The notes beneath the pieces were generated by a model. It was given only the letters and a program-made list of their open reading frames with translations, did no database searches and was not told the origin of the DNA. DNA of 64,000 nucleotides from a virus (Duplodnaviria; Heunggongvirae; Uroviricota; Caudoviricetes), in IMG/VR virus record IMGVR_UViG_3300031994_000056, one strand, 5' to 3'. Made by a program: the position numbers and the translations under genes. This document shows positions 54,150 to 63,686 of this stretch, in pieces (the first letter of the stretch is position 1; each line of letters starts with the position of its first letter).

Positions 54150-54578
54150 ATGATAATAAGTAAATCTAGTTTATATTTGAGTAGTGGACCAAGTAAACGA
54201 GATATTCAAGAACAAAAATTATATAAAAATATTGTTGAAATATTATTAAAAAATAAAGATAAAATTGAATATGTAGAATCTAAATTAATTAATAATACTA
54301 CTTATCATTATTTTAAATACAAAAATAAAGAAATTGATATTTGTAAATACAATTGGAAAGAAAGTGCTGATAAATATAATTTAACAGTTGATGATATTTG
54401 GTTTATTGGTTCTAATAGTTTTTCTTTTGAATATTTAGATTTATGTGAATATTTATGTAAATTAGGTGAAGATAAAGAATTTGATGAAAGATTAAAAAAA
54501 TCTAAAGAAGAATCAATAAAAATATCTAATGAAATAATAAATAAATTAGAAAATACATTAAAAGATTTAGAAAAATAA
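54150..54578 (+). CDS. hypothetical protein
   Basis: 142 aa; GGAG ribosome-binding site. Confidence 0.5.
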   Translation: MIISKSSLYLSSGPSKRDIQEQKLYKNIVEILLKNKDKIEYVESKLINNTTYHYFKYKNKEIDICKYNWKESADKYNLTVDDIWFIGSNSFSFEYLDLCEYLCKLGEDKEFDERLKKSKEESIKISNEIINKLENTLKDLEK

Positions 54579-54632
54579 AATAATAAAATATGAGTTTTAT
54601 TATATGTAAAAATGAAATAAAGGAGAATAAAA

Positions 54633-54827
54633 ATGTTAAGAGCAATATTTAAGGTTATGTTGTATAAAAATAAAGAATTAACTGAAGAAAGTAAAATGAT
54701 AGGTGATGGTGATATAATAGAAGTAATAGAACTAAAAGATAATTATGCTAAAATTTATAGTAAAACTTATAAAGATATGTTTTATATATCAATAGGACAA
54801 CTTACAGGTGGTTTTGAAAGAGGATAA
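54633..54827 (+). CDS. hypothetical protein
   Basis: 64 aa. Confidence 0.45.
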   Translation: MLRAIFKVMLYKNKELTEESKMIGDGDIIEVIELKDNYAKIYSKTYKDMFYISIGQLTGGFERG

Positions 54828-54830
54828 AAG

Positions 54831-55010
54831 ATGGAAACAAAAGAACAGAAAATTGAAAGGTTGAATAAAATAATACAAAGAAATCAATTAAAAATGGGAT
54901 ATTTAATGGCTTTTGGAACTGATAAACAAATAGATAAGTGCTGGAAAGAAATAGAACAAGCAGAACAAGAACTAAAGGAGTTGGAAGATGATAAAAATAT
55001 TAACATCTAA
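54831..55010 (+). CDS. hypothetical small protein (59 aa, absent from the ORF track)
   Basis: METKEQKIERLNKIIQRNQ... Confidence 0.35.
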   Translation: METKEQKIERLNKIIQRNQLKMGYLMAFGTDKQIDKCWKEIEQAEQELKELEDDKNINI

Positions 55011-55320
55011 ACCTGATGAATTAAATTTTTTGTGCAGTAATGAAGATGAAAAAGAATTTATTAAAAATAATAGTGAAAAAATTTTAGATAAGTTTGTACA
55101 AGAAAGAACAAGGAATCATTGGAAAAGTTTTAAAGATTATTTATATAGTATGGTATATACTAATTTAGAAGCAGAAAAATGGGGTACTTCAATACAAAAT
55201 GAAATTGAATGGAATAATTATTGGACTAGAAGAGGTATGGACTGGACAAAAAGTAATATTGAAAGATTGGAAAACTTTATAAATAAATATTATTTAAAGG
55301 AGTTGGAACAATGCAAATAA
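54988..55320 (+). CDS. hypothetical protein
   Basis: 110 aa. Confidence 0.45.
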   Translation: MIKILTSKPDELNFLCSNEDEKEFIKNNSEKILDKFVQERTRNHWKSFKDYLYSMVYTNLEAEKWGTSIQNEIEWNNYWTRRGMDWTKSNIERLENFINKYYLKELEQCK

Positions 55321-55466
55321 TAATGTTTTTTATAGTTGTTATATTTTGTCTTATAGGATTTTTAGCATACGCAACACAGTGCCAAATACAAAAATTAGTA
55401 GAAGAAGTTAATGCTTTAAGATATGATATACAAGAAGTTAGAAAGAAATTAAGAAACAAAAAGTAG
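55311..55466 (+). CDS. small membrane peptide (51 aa, absent from the ORF track)
   Basis: MQIIMFFIVVIFCLIGFLAYATQC... Confidence 0.35.
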   Translation: MQIIMFFIVVIFCLIGFLAYATQCQIQKLVEEVNALRYDIQEVRKKLRNKK

Positions 55467-55474
55467 GAGGTTTA

Positions 55475-55888
55475 ATGATTAAAAAAGCAATTGTCCCTAT
55501 AATTAATGTATGTAAAGATTGTAGAAAGAATGATGATGGAAAGTGTAGAGGTGTAGGAAATGAAGTTATTTGTAGTATTATAGAAGAAGGTAAACAAGAT
55601 TATGTTGAAACTAAAGTTATTGAGCTTCCAGAAACATTTGAAGAATTTAAAAGTCTTTGTAAAGTATTATCTGAAAAACATGAATTATTAAAACACGGGT
55701 CAGACATACAAATATATCTTGATTCCGTTTGGATAAAACCATTAGAATATACTAGAACAGGTGAAATAATGATGCATATAATAGAGGACGATTATGAAGT
55801 AACCTATGAAATAAGTACTGGTAGGACGCCTGCGCAAATGTATTTAAATATATTAACCGCTAAAGATAATATAATAGGAGGGGTTTAA
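55475..55888 (+). CDS. hypothetical protein, ends IGGV
   Basis: 137 aa; GGAGGT ribosome-binding site. Confidence 0.5.
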   Translation: MIKKAIVPIINVCKDCRKNDDGKCRGVGNEVICSIIEEGKQDYVETKVIELPETFEEFKSLCKVLSEKHELLKHGSDIQIYLDSVWIKPLEYTRTGEIMMHIIEDDYEVTYEISTGRTPAQMYLNILTAKDNIIGGV

Positions 55889-55890
55889 AG

Positions 55891-56121
55891 ATGAGTTTAG
55901 AAGAACAAATACAATTAATAGATGACGCAGTAACAAGAATAATGAGTTTAACTGTAAGAGCAGTTATTGAAGCAACGCAAACAGTAAAATCTGAAGATGC
56001 TTTTGATAGAATAGATTCTTTAATGAAAGAAAATAGTAGTTTAGTTGAACGCTTAAATAGCTATAGAAATTATTTATCTGAACAAAGAAAGATGGATGCT
56101 AGATCTTTAAAGGAGTTATAA
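55891..56121 (+). CDS. hypothetical protein
   Basis: 76 aa. Confidence 0.45.
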   Translation: MSLEEQIQLIDDAVTRIMSLTVRAVIEATQTVKSEDAFDRIDSLMKENSSLVERLNSYRNYLSEQRKMDARSLKEL

Positions 56122-56597
56122 TGCGTAAGATAATTTATTTTGATATGGACGGTGTACTTGTAGATTTCTATACAAAAGCGAAGGAAATCACTGCTCCATC
56201 TAAAACTCAATTCTGGAAACAAGTATCTCAAATTGGATTAAGTTTTTGGACTTCAATGAATGAAATAAAAGGAATAAAAGATATAATATTATCTTTAGAC
56301 CTTAACACTATTGAAGTTAATATATTATCTAAGCTTCCTATAACAGATACTGCAAATGCTTTAGCAGGGAAAGCTCTTTGGCTTTCACAACACTACCCTA
56401 ATATATTTACGCATGTTATACTAACAAAAGGAAACAAAAGAGCATTTGCTAAAGATTGTTTACTTATAGATGATAAGGAAGCTAATGTTGAGTCCTGGAA
56501 ATTAAAAGGTGGTGAAGCTTATTTATTTAAAGATAATGTAAAAGAGTTGACAAAAGTAATAAAAAATTATATAAGGAGATGTAATGATGAAAAGTAA
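56121..56597 (+). CDS. 5'(3')-deoxyribonucleotidase (HAD superfamily, NT5C-like)
   Basis: N-terminal IYFDMDGVLVDF (DxDGV HAD motif I); about 158 aa, as in phage and bacterial dNMP nucleotidases. Confidence 0.6.
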   Translation: MRKIIYFDMDGVLVDFYTKAKEITAPSKTQFWKQVSQIGLSFWTSMNEIKGIKDIILSLDLNTIEVNILSKLPITDTANALAGKALWLSQHYPNIFTHVILTKGNKRAFAKDCLLIDDKEANVESWKLKGGEAYLFKDNVKELTKVIKNYIRRCNDEK

Positions 56598-56832
56598 AAT
56601 TCTTAAAGATGTAAAAAAGTATGTAAATAATATAATAGATAATGAGTTTCATAGAATTATTGCTAGTGATATTCTTATGGTAGTTCAAAGAAGAGCATAT
56701 AGTTATCTTTTAAATAATAGTTCAAAATATAATATGACTTATAATAAAATGAAAAACTTAGTTGATGAAATTATTGTTTTATTTAATAGTGAAAAACAAA
56801 AAATAGAAGTTAAAATAAAATGGAATAATTAA
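56584..56832 (+). CDS. hypothetical protein
   Basis: 82 aa. Confidence 0.45.
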   Translation: MMKSKILKDVKKYVNNIIDNEFHRIIASDILMVVQRRAYSYLLNNSSKYNMTYNKMKNLVDEIIVLFNSEKQKIEVKIKWNN

Positions 56833-56848
56833 TTGTATAGGAGGTGTA

Positions 56849-57193
56849 ATGATGAATATAAAAAAGAAAGATGCATTGTATAAGATAAAAGGAACTAAAT
56901 TTCCTAAAAAATTATATGAAGTCTGGACAGATACAGAAGGTGAGTGTTTAGTTGATATATGGATATTGGAAGATAAAGAAGAAAATTTATATGGTTTAGA
57001 CGAAACTATATCTTTAGAACACTTTAATGAAAGTTATAAATTAAATCTTGAAGAAATGAAAACTAAAAGTAAAGTTGTTAATAATTGTTATCTTAAGTTG
57101 TTAGTACCAAAAAAAGAAAAAGACTTAGAGATATTAAAAAAATTAGTTCCACTATATAAAAAAGAAGTTATGGAGATATTAAATGGAAATTAA
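56849..57193 (+). CDS. hypothetical protein
   Basis: 114 aa. Confidence 0.45.
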   Translation: MMNIKKKDALYKIKGTKFPKKLYEVWTDTEGECLVDIWILEDKEENLYGLDETISLEHFNESYKLNLEEMKTKSKVVNNCYLKLLVPKKEKDLEILKKLVPLYKKEVMEILNGN

Positions 57194-57665
57194 AATGGTA
57201 AATACAGATAAAGTAAGTGAAGAAAATAAAAAAGTATTTTTTGAGTATATGGAAAAAACTTCAAAAGAATTCCATGATGAAGCTTATCAATACTTAGATA
57301 AACTTTATAGTATACGGAATGTTTTAACTTATCGTCCAAGTAGTTTATTAACAAAACATTTATGTTATATTTGTGGTTGTCTTATAATGACTCAATTTAC
57401 ATTATGTATTAATGATTATATAAATATGATTTTACATGGTGAAAATCTAATAGTAAGTTGTATCTTTGGGTTTGTTTTAATGTTAGTTCAAATAGGTGCC
57501 TTGTGTGTTATATTATATCAAGCTATGTTACGCGATAAAAACTATAGGCATGCATGTTATTTAAAATTTAAGAAAAGTGATTGTGTAAAGAAATATGAAA
57601 ATAATTTATTAAAAAAAGCAGAAGAATTAAATATAGAATTGGAAATAATTGATGATGAAAATTAA
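57183..57665 (+). CDS. membrane protein
   Basis: 160 aa with central TM helices. Confidence 0.45.
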   Translation: MEIKMVNTDKVSEENKKVFFEYMEKTSKEFHDEAYQYLDKLYSIRNVLTYRPSSLLTKHLCYICGCLIMTQFTLCINDYINMILHGENLIVSCIFGFVLMLVQIGALCVILYQAMLRDKNYRHACYLKFKKSDCVKKYENNLLKKAEELNIELEIIDDEN

Positions 57666-57666
57666 T

Positions 57667-57695
57667 TTGCATTTTATTTTAAAATATGGTATAAT
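57667..57695 (+). promoter_or_regulatory. promoter with an extended -10 (TTGCAT-17-TGgTATAAT)
   Basis: ttgcat at 57667-57672 and tggtataat at 57687-57695; GAGGT ribosome-binding site and the ATG at 57725 follow. Confidence 0.55.
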
Positions 57696-57724
57696 TATTT
57701 TTTATTAAATTTCGCGAGGTAAAA

Positions 57725-59257
57725 TTGATGAAGAAACGTATTACAAAAGAAGATGTAATAAATGATTACATTAAATGTAATGAAAATTACTTTAGCAAAA
57801 CCAAGCGTGCAAACATTCCTAGATCAGTATATAGACTACACTCAACTCTATCAGAACATCAAGTAAGAAAATATTTCGGCGGGTTATCAGCACTAAGAAA
57901 AGCAGCAGATAAAAAACTATTATTACGTTCTAGATTTACATCAGAAATTAACAGTAAGGGTTATAAAAAGCAGCGTTATATTGTAACATCTATTGTAGAA
58001 GGAGCACCTATTAATAATGATTTTTATAGTGCATTAAAGTTATATGCTAATAAGAATAATGCTAAACTTCTTATGCTTTGGATGCGTGGTGTTTTAAAAA
58101 CAGATATGTTTTCTTCAGAAGAAATGCGTGAGTATGAACCTTATTTAATAACAGGATTTAAATTTAATAGTAACTTAGAAGCAAGAGATTTTCTATTGCA
58201 TCCTGCACAGCAATTACCTTTAACAGGACTTGATAGATTTGGTTCCAAAAAAACTTCATTAATTATATCCAGTACAAAGCAAATGATGACATCGGTTCCT
58301 AGACCAAAGAATACATTACCACATGTATTATGGACGACTGGAACTATATCTATTCCAAATTACTCTAATACAAGAGCAGGTGAACTAGCCAAACAAGATA
58401 ATACACTCGGGGCATTAGTTGTAGAAGTTGAGTCAAATAAAAAATTTTATATCAGAAATGTTGAATGGTTAAAAGACTGTTTTGTAGATTTAGGAAAGGC
58501 ATATTATAAAGATAAAATAAAAAATATTACATGTGAAGCTATGGTTCTCGGAGATATACACAGCCAAGAAATAGATATGACTGCATTAAATAATGCTTTG
58601 GAACAAGTAAATTATTTAAAAGCCAAGAAGATATTCTTACATGATTTAAGTAGTTTTAATAGTATATCACACCATAATGAAGGGAAATATTTAACGAAAA
58701 CTTTTATTCCACACGAGGCAAATACACTTAGGAAAGAATTAAATATAGCAAAAGGTATATTAAAATATATACATCAATCAGTTAAAAGTTCTATTATAGT
58801 TGTGCAATCAAATCATGACGACTTTTTATACAGGTATTGTGATGAAGGATATTTCTTAAAGGATGCACACAATGCAATTTTAGGTGCTGAATGCTTTATA
58901 AAATTTACAAAAAACCGTAATCCAATTCAAGACTTTGTAAAGATGAGTTGTGTAAAATTTTTAAAACAAGATGAAAGTTATCAAGTTAATGGTATTGAAG
59001 TTGGTCAACATGGTCACCACGGTTCGAATGGAGCAAAAGGAAGTCCGAATGGTTTTAGGAAGTCATATAATAAAATTATACTTGGGCATTCACATTCACC
59101 TAAAATTTTAGGTGATACTTATTATGTAGGAACTTTATCTAAACTAACTTTATCGTATAATAAAGGATCAAGTTCTTGGCTACCAGCCAATGCAGCAATC
59201 TATTCTAATGGTAGCAGACAGCTTTTAATTTGGATAGAAGATAATTGGAAAATGTAA
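57725..59257 (+). CDS. two-domain protein with a C-terminal metallophosphoesterase domain
   Basis: VLGDIHSQ ... QSNHDDF ... GHHGSNG ... LGHSHSP metal-binding motifs in the C-terminal half. Confidence 0.5.
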   Translation: MMKKRITKEDVINDYIKCNENYFSKTKRANIPRSVYRLHSTLSEHQVRKYFGGLSALRKAADKKLLLRSRFTSEINSKGYKKQRYIVTSIVEGAPINNDFYSALKLYANKNNAKLLMLWMRGVLKTDMFSSEEMREYEPYLITGFKFNSNLEARDFLLHPAQQLPLTGLDRFGSKKTSLIISSTKQMMTSVPRPKNTLPHVLWTTGTISIPNYSNTRAGELAKQDNTLGALVVEVESNKKFYIRNVEWLKDCFVDLGKAYYKDKIKNITCEAMVLGDIHSQEIDMTALNNALEQVNYLKAKKIFLHDLSSFNSISHHNEGKYLTKTFIPHEANTLRKELNIAKGILKYIHQSVKSSIIVVQSNHDDFLYRYCDEGYFLKDAHNAILGAECFIKFTKNRNPIQDFVKMSCVKFLKQDESYQVNGIEVGQHGHHGSNGAKGSPNGFRKSYNKIILGHSHSPKILGDTYYVGTLSKLTLSYNKGSSSWLPANAAIYSNGSRQLLIWIEDNWKM

Positions 59258-59273
59258 CAGGAGAAACAAAGAA

Positions 59274-60725
59274 ATGGTAACAATTCAAGTAGCAAACTTA
59301 ATGAGTAGAATAGTAGAAGTTTATGATTGGAATATACATAAACTACTTGATAGACAATTAAGCTATCAAGTAGAGGGCGTAGAGTTTATTCCGTCAGTTC
59401 AAAATGGATTTTGGGATGGTATTATTCATCTTTATAGTACGAAAACATTTACTTTTTCTACTGGGTTATTATCAAAAGTTTGTGATATACTTACAAAAAA
59501 TAATGTTCAATATACAATTAATGATACAAGAATAAAACCAACATGTGGTTTACCTTTACCTACAAATACAAATTTAAGACAAGATCAAGAGGATGTAGTA
59601 AAAACTTGTATGGAAAAAGCTAGAGGTATTGTAGCTCTTCCTACTGGCTGGGGAAAAAGTTTTTCTCAAATTGATCTCGTATGCAGATTAAATTTACCTA
59701 CGGTAATTGTTGTTCATAAATTAGATATAATGCAACAGTTTATTGATTGGTTTAAAGAAAGAGCAGGAATAGAAGTAGGACAAATTGGAAATGGGATTGT
59801 TAATCCTCAGCATATAACAGTAGTAATGATACAGACTCTTGCAAACTATTTTAATATAAAAAGCAAAGATATAAAGAAGGAAGCAGTTGATATGACGAAA
59901 TATAATGCAGTGATTAATATGTGTAACAATGCTCAAGTATTAATTACTGACGAATTGCATTGTATGTTAACTGGTGATGTATGGAATAAAGTATTTACTC
60001 ATTTCAAAAATACATATTACAGGCTTGGCTTTAGTGCAACTCCTTATAAAAGTTTATCTGGAGAGTTGGAATCTGAAGCTATTTACGGTCCAATAATAGC
60101 TAAAGAAAGTTATATGGAGTGTGTTAAAAAAGGGTACCTAACTCAACCAGAAGTAATTGTTTATGATTATAAACAACAAGGATTGCCTTGGGGTGTTAAA
60201 TTTCAACAAGCATATAAAGAAAGAATAGTTGAAAACGAAGATAGAAATTTTCTTATATGTCAAATTGCTTTAAAGTATTGGAAAGCAGGAAAAAAAGTAT
60301 TTATTGCAGTTACTCATATCAATCACGGTAAATTACTTAAACAAATGTTTGAGACAGTTATTGGTAAAGATAATGTTATTTTTGCAGAAGGTAGTACATC
60401 ATTGCAAAAAAGACAGGCTGGTATCAAAGACTTTGAAAACGGTGGAAAAATTTTGATAGCCACATCTATATATAACGAAGGTATTAATATTAAATCAATG
60501 GATGTATTAATAAATGCACGCTGTTCTTTATCAAAAAATGTATTCTTACAGACAATTGGAAGATGTTTAAGACTTTCTCCAGGTAAAACAAAAGCAGTTA
60601 TTATAGATATTCAAGATAAAAATGTGAAATACTTTGCTTACCATGGGCGTGAAAGATATCAAATATTACAAGATTGTGAATTTAATATAAAAGAAGTTGA
60701 CAATTTAAATCAGATTATAATATAA
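59274..60725 (+). CDS. SF2 DEAD/DEAH-box helicase
   Basis: Motif I LPTGWGKS, motif II ITDELH, motif VI QTIGRCLR. Confidence 0.7.
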   Translation: MVTIQVANLMSRIVEVYDWNIHKLLDRQLSYQVEGVEFIPSVQNGFWDGIIHLYSTKTFTFSTGLLSKVCDILTKNNVQYTINDTRIKPTCGLPLPTNTNLRQDQEDVVKTCMEKARGIVALPTGWGKSFSQIDLVCRLNLPTVIVVHKLDIMQQFIDWFKERAGIEVGQIGNGIVNPQHITVVMIQTLANYFNIKSKDIKKEAVDMTKYNAVINMCNNAQVLITDELHCMLTGDVWNKVFTHFKNTYYRLGFSATPYKSLSGELESEAIYGPIIAKESYMECVKKGYLTQPEVIVYDYKQQGLPWGVKFQQAYKERIVENEDRNFLICQIALKYWKAGKKVFIAVTHINHGKLLKQMFETVIGKDNVIFAEGSTSLQKRQAGIKDFENGGKILIATSIYNEGINIKSMDVLINARCSLSKNVFLQTIGRCLRLSPGKTKAVIIDIQDKNVKYFAYHGRERYQILQDCEFNIKEVDNLNQIII

Positions 60726-60747
60726 TAATTAAAAAGGAGAGATAAAA

Positions 60748-60909
60748 ATGCGTTATACAATTATGGCTATAATAATATTTATGATTGGTGTATTGTTTGT
60801 TATAGCTGCAAGTTATAGTAAATCAAATGCAGATACCAAAATCATAGTTAATTATTCAGATAAGTATGCGGGAACGGAACCGTATATTTTAAATTGGAGG
60901 ATAAGGTAA
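60748..60909 (+). CDS. small membrane protein (53 aa, absent from the ORF track)
   Basis: MRYTIMAIIIFMIGVLFVIAASY... Confidence 0.35.
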   Translation: MRYTIMAIIIFMIGVLFVIAASYSKSNADTKIIVNYSDKYAGTEPYILNWRIR

Positions 60910-61277
60910 TGAAAAATAAAATACCTGATGTAAAAGGAAGAAAAAAAATAATACTTAAATTTAATCTAGATGACTTTAAAAAGATGAAAATGATTGATGA
61001 CTTCTTTACAATAACAGGTATGACTCCTTATTTAAAAAATCTTACAATACACGATGTAAGACAAACTGAAATGAATGAAGAAGATGGTAAAGCAATTCAT
61101 GAATACTGGTTAAAGAACTGGAAGAAAATAAAAGAATGTCGTGGGTACAAAGAACAATATGCTCACAGCAAAATATCGTTTACATGGATGAATTATGCTC
61201 CAGTTTATAATCCTAAATGTCCAAGAGGGGAAGTATGGATATTTCCAAAAAAGAAAACCAAGGAGACTTTAAAATGA
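60894..61277 (+). CDS. hypothetical protein
   Basis: 127 aa. Confidence 0.45.
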   Translation: MEDKVMKNKIPDVKGRKKIILKFNLDDFKKMKMIDDFFTITGMTPYLKNLTIHDVRQTEMNEEDGKAIHEYWLKNWKKIKECRGYKEQYAHSKISFTWMNYAPVYNPKCPRGEVWIFPKKKTKETLK

Positions 61278-62938
61278 AAAAAGCATTAGTTGTTTTATGT
61301 CATAACCATGTTGATGTAACTAAAAAATTTATGCAATCTGTATTATCTGAATTAGATGAAACATATGATGTGTATATATTAGATAATGGTAGCACAGATG
61401 ATACAATGTCTTATTTAATAGACCTCACAAAAAATAATACAGATACTCAACCTGGAATTTATATACAACATTCAGATAAGAATTTAGGCTTTGCTGCCGG
61501 AAATAATCTTTTAATTAGAAGTTTATTATTAAATAATAAAGAGTTAGCGTTGCTACATCATGACGCAGAGAACTTTTATTCCAATGTAATATTTATAAAT
61601 AATGACACTTTAATTACTAAAAAAGCAATAGAGAAACTCATTGAGATAAATAATGCAGACGAATTTATTGGAGCTACAGGACCAATGTCAAATATGGCAG
61701 GAGGTTCTCAAGGAGTTAATATTGAAGGTTTAACTGAGGTAACATATAAAACTTATGCAGATAGGCTTGCTTCTACACAGAAAGTAAATGTAGTTAACAC
61801 ATTCCTACTTATTGGTTTTTGTTTATGTGTAAAGATGAATGTGCTTAAGAAAGTAGGTTTCTTTGATGAACAATTTGGTTTTGGAATGTGGGAAGATAAT
61901 GATTTCTGCTTACGTATAAAAGAAGCTGGGTATAAACTTTATATTGTTAGAGAGTCTTTTATATATCATTTTGGTAATCAAACAATAAAAGATTTTGATA
62001 TGAAAAAATTATTTGAAGAAAATAAAAAGAAGTTTATTAAAAAACATAAGACATTTAAACTATCTGTATCTATGATTGTAAAGAATGAAGAAAGATATTT
62101 ACCACAATGTTTAGAGTCAATAAAAGATTTTGTAGATGAAATTGTTATCACAGATACAGGTTCAGTTGATTCCTCAAAAGAAATATGTAAAAAGTATACA
62201 GATAAAATATTTGATTATAAATGGGATGATAGCTTTGCAAATGCAAGAAACAACTCTTTGCATAAATGTACAGGCGATTGGATTATAAGTTTAGATGCAG
62301 ATGAAGTAATACCAGTAGGAACTTTTCTTTATATTTATGATTTAATATTATGTAATACAGATAAAGCAGATGCTTATATATTTCCTATAAGAAACCTAAT
62401 GCCAGATAATACTTACAGTATAAGTACAACTACAAGATTATTTAGAAATATACCAGGTGTTGAATTTAAAGGTAGAGTACATGAAACAGTTGATAAGAGT
62501 TTACTTAAATTAAATCTTAAATGGTTTAATGCAACTCAACCGTTTTTACATTACGGATATTTAAAAGGTAAAGTTAAGACTCCTTTTTATAGACATTTAT
62601 GTTTAGAAGAATTGAAAGACGATCCTAAAAATTTTGAAGTATATTATAATCTTGGTAAAATATATTTTCATGATGATAAAGACTATCAAAAAGCAGCCGA
62701 CTTTATTTCCAAAGCAGTGGAACTTGGTGGTAATCATTATTTAATATTTCATGAGCTCGCTGTTGCTAAATATTTTGCTTTCATATCTAAACATCAAGAT
62801 GAAATAAAAGATATTTATAATGACTTTATGAAATGTAAAAAAACAATACCAAAAAGTTTTCCAGAATTTACTCAAAAACTTGAAGCAAATATGAAAGCAG
62901 TTGAGAAAATGATTATAAAAAAGGAAGATAAAAAATGA
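61274..62938 (+). CDS. tandem family-2 glycosyltransferase with a C-terminal TPR-like region
   Basis: Start moved to the ATG after GGAGA. Two GT2 cores (VYILDNGSTDDT; VSMIVKNEERYL...ITDTGSVDSS) then helical repeats. Confidence 0.6.
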   Translation: MKKALVVLCHNHVDVTKKFMQSVLSELDETYDVYILDNGSTDDTMSYLIDLTKNNTDTQPGIYIQHSDKNLGFAAGNNLLIRSLLLNNKELALLHHDAENFYSNVIFINNDTLITKKAIEKLIEINNADEFIGATGPMSNMAGGSQGVNIEGLTEVTYKTYADRLASTQKVNVVNTFLLIGFCLCVKMNVLKKVGFFDEQFGFGMWEDNDFCLRIKEAGYKLYIVRESFIYHFGNQTIKDFDMKKLFEENKKKFIKKHKTFKLSVSMIVKNEERYLPQCLESIKDFVDEIVITDTGSVDSSKEICKKYTDKIFDYKWDDSFANARNNSLHKCTGDWIISLDADEVIPVGTFLYIYDLILCNTDKADAYIFPIRNLMPDNTYSISTTTRLFRNIPGVEFKGRVHETVDKSLLKLNLKWFNATQPFLHYGYLKGKVKTPFYRHLCLEELKDDPKNFEVYYNLGKIYFHDDKDYQKAADFISKAVELGGNHYLIFHELAVAKYFAFISKHQDEIKDIYNDFMKCKKTIPKSFPEFTQKLEANMKAVEKMIIKKEDKK

Positions 62939-63618
62939 AAACACTTCTTTTAATTAATGGTGGGTTACGTATTGGAGATACATTTCATATGCTTCCGTGG
63001 TTGTATAAGCATAAGGATTTTAAAATTACTTGGATAACAGGTACATATGAATATGAAGCAGTAAAGTTTTTACAACAACATTATCCAAATATTATAGAAA
63101 TAAAGACAATAGAAGATGGTTTGCCAATGGATATAAAAGATAGATACAACTTTACAAAGAAAGTTAATTTATCGTATGAAGAATATAAAAAATATGATCT
63201 TGTAGAAAGTGATATTAATTTATTTCTTGATGTAAATCCAAATGCTTACCAGAAAGAAATTGAGTATTTACCGAATATAACTCAAGAAAATGTAGCACCT
63301 TATATATGTTATCAAGCAGATAGTGTAAGTTCTTGGAAACATTTAGATATAATAAATCAATATAAACTCCCGAATATAAGAGCAATTAGTATTGGAAAGA
63401 AAGGTGAAAGAATAGTTCCGGGGACTGAAGATTTTACTGGAACAGATTTAAATATAAGTGCACAATTAATTAAGAATAGTATACTATTTATAGGAATACA
63501 CTCAGCTATGAGCTGTCTTAATTTCTATTTAAATCACCCAGGGATTGTATTACATTTTACTTCTGGACTATTAAAGTTTTCGGATTATAATAAAAAAGTA
63601 CTTGACATTTTAAAATAA
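62935..63618 (+). CDS. hypothetical protein (possible glycosylation partner)
   Basis: 227 aa; ATGA overlap with the GT2 gene. Confidence 0.45.
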   Translation: MKTLLLINGGLRIGDTFHMLPWLYKHKDFKITWITGTYEYEAVKFLQQHYPNIIEIKTIEDGLPMDIKDRYNFTKKVNLSYEEYKKYDLVESDINLFLDVNPNAYQKEIEYLPNITQENVAPYICYQADSVSSWKHLDIINQYKLPNIRAISIGKKGERIVPGTEDFTGTDLNISAQLIKNSILFIGIHSAMSCLNFYLNHPGIVLHFTSGLLKFSDYNKKVLDILK

Positions 63619-63686
63619 TTATATTATAATAATTACATTCACTCAGAGAGAGTGTCTAAATTTATTACCCAAGGAGGGTTACCAAC

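Noticed and set aside
431-62944. About 45 antisense or overlapping ORFs of 60-140 aa in the track (e.g. 431-727, 2593-2877, 15018-15266, 35895-36236, 40344-40735, 52744-53163, 22341-22625, 22867-23109)
   Set aside because: Each is embedded antisense, or out of frame, within a longer well-supported gene on the dominant strand. They are low-complexity Phe/Ile/Leu-rich translations of AT-rich DNA and lack ribosome-binding sites.
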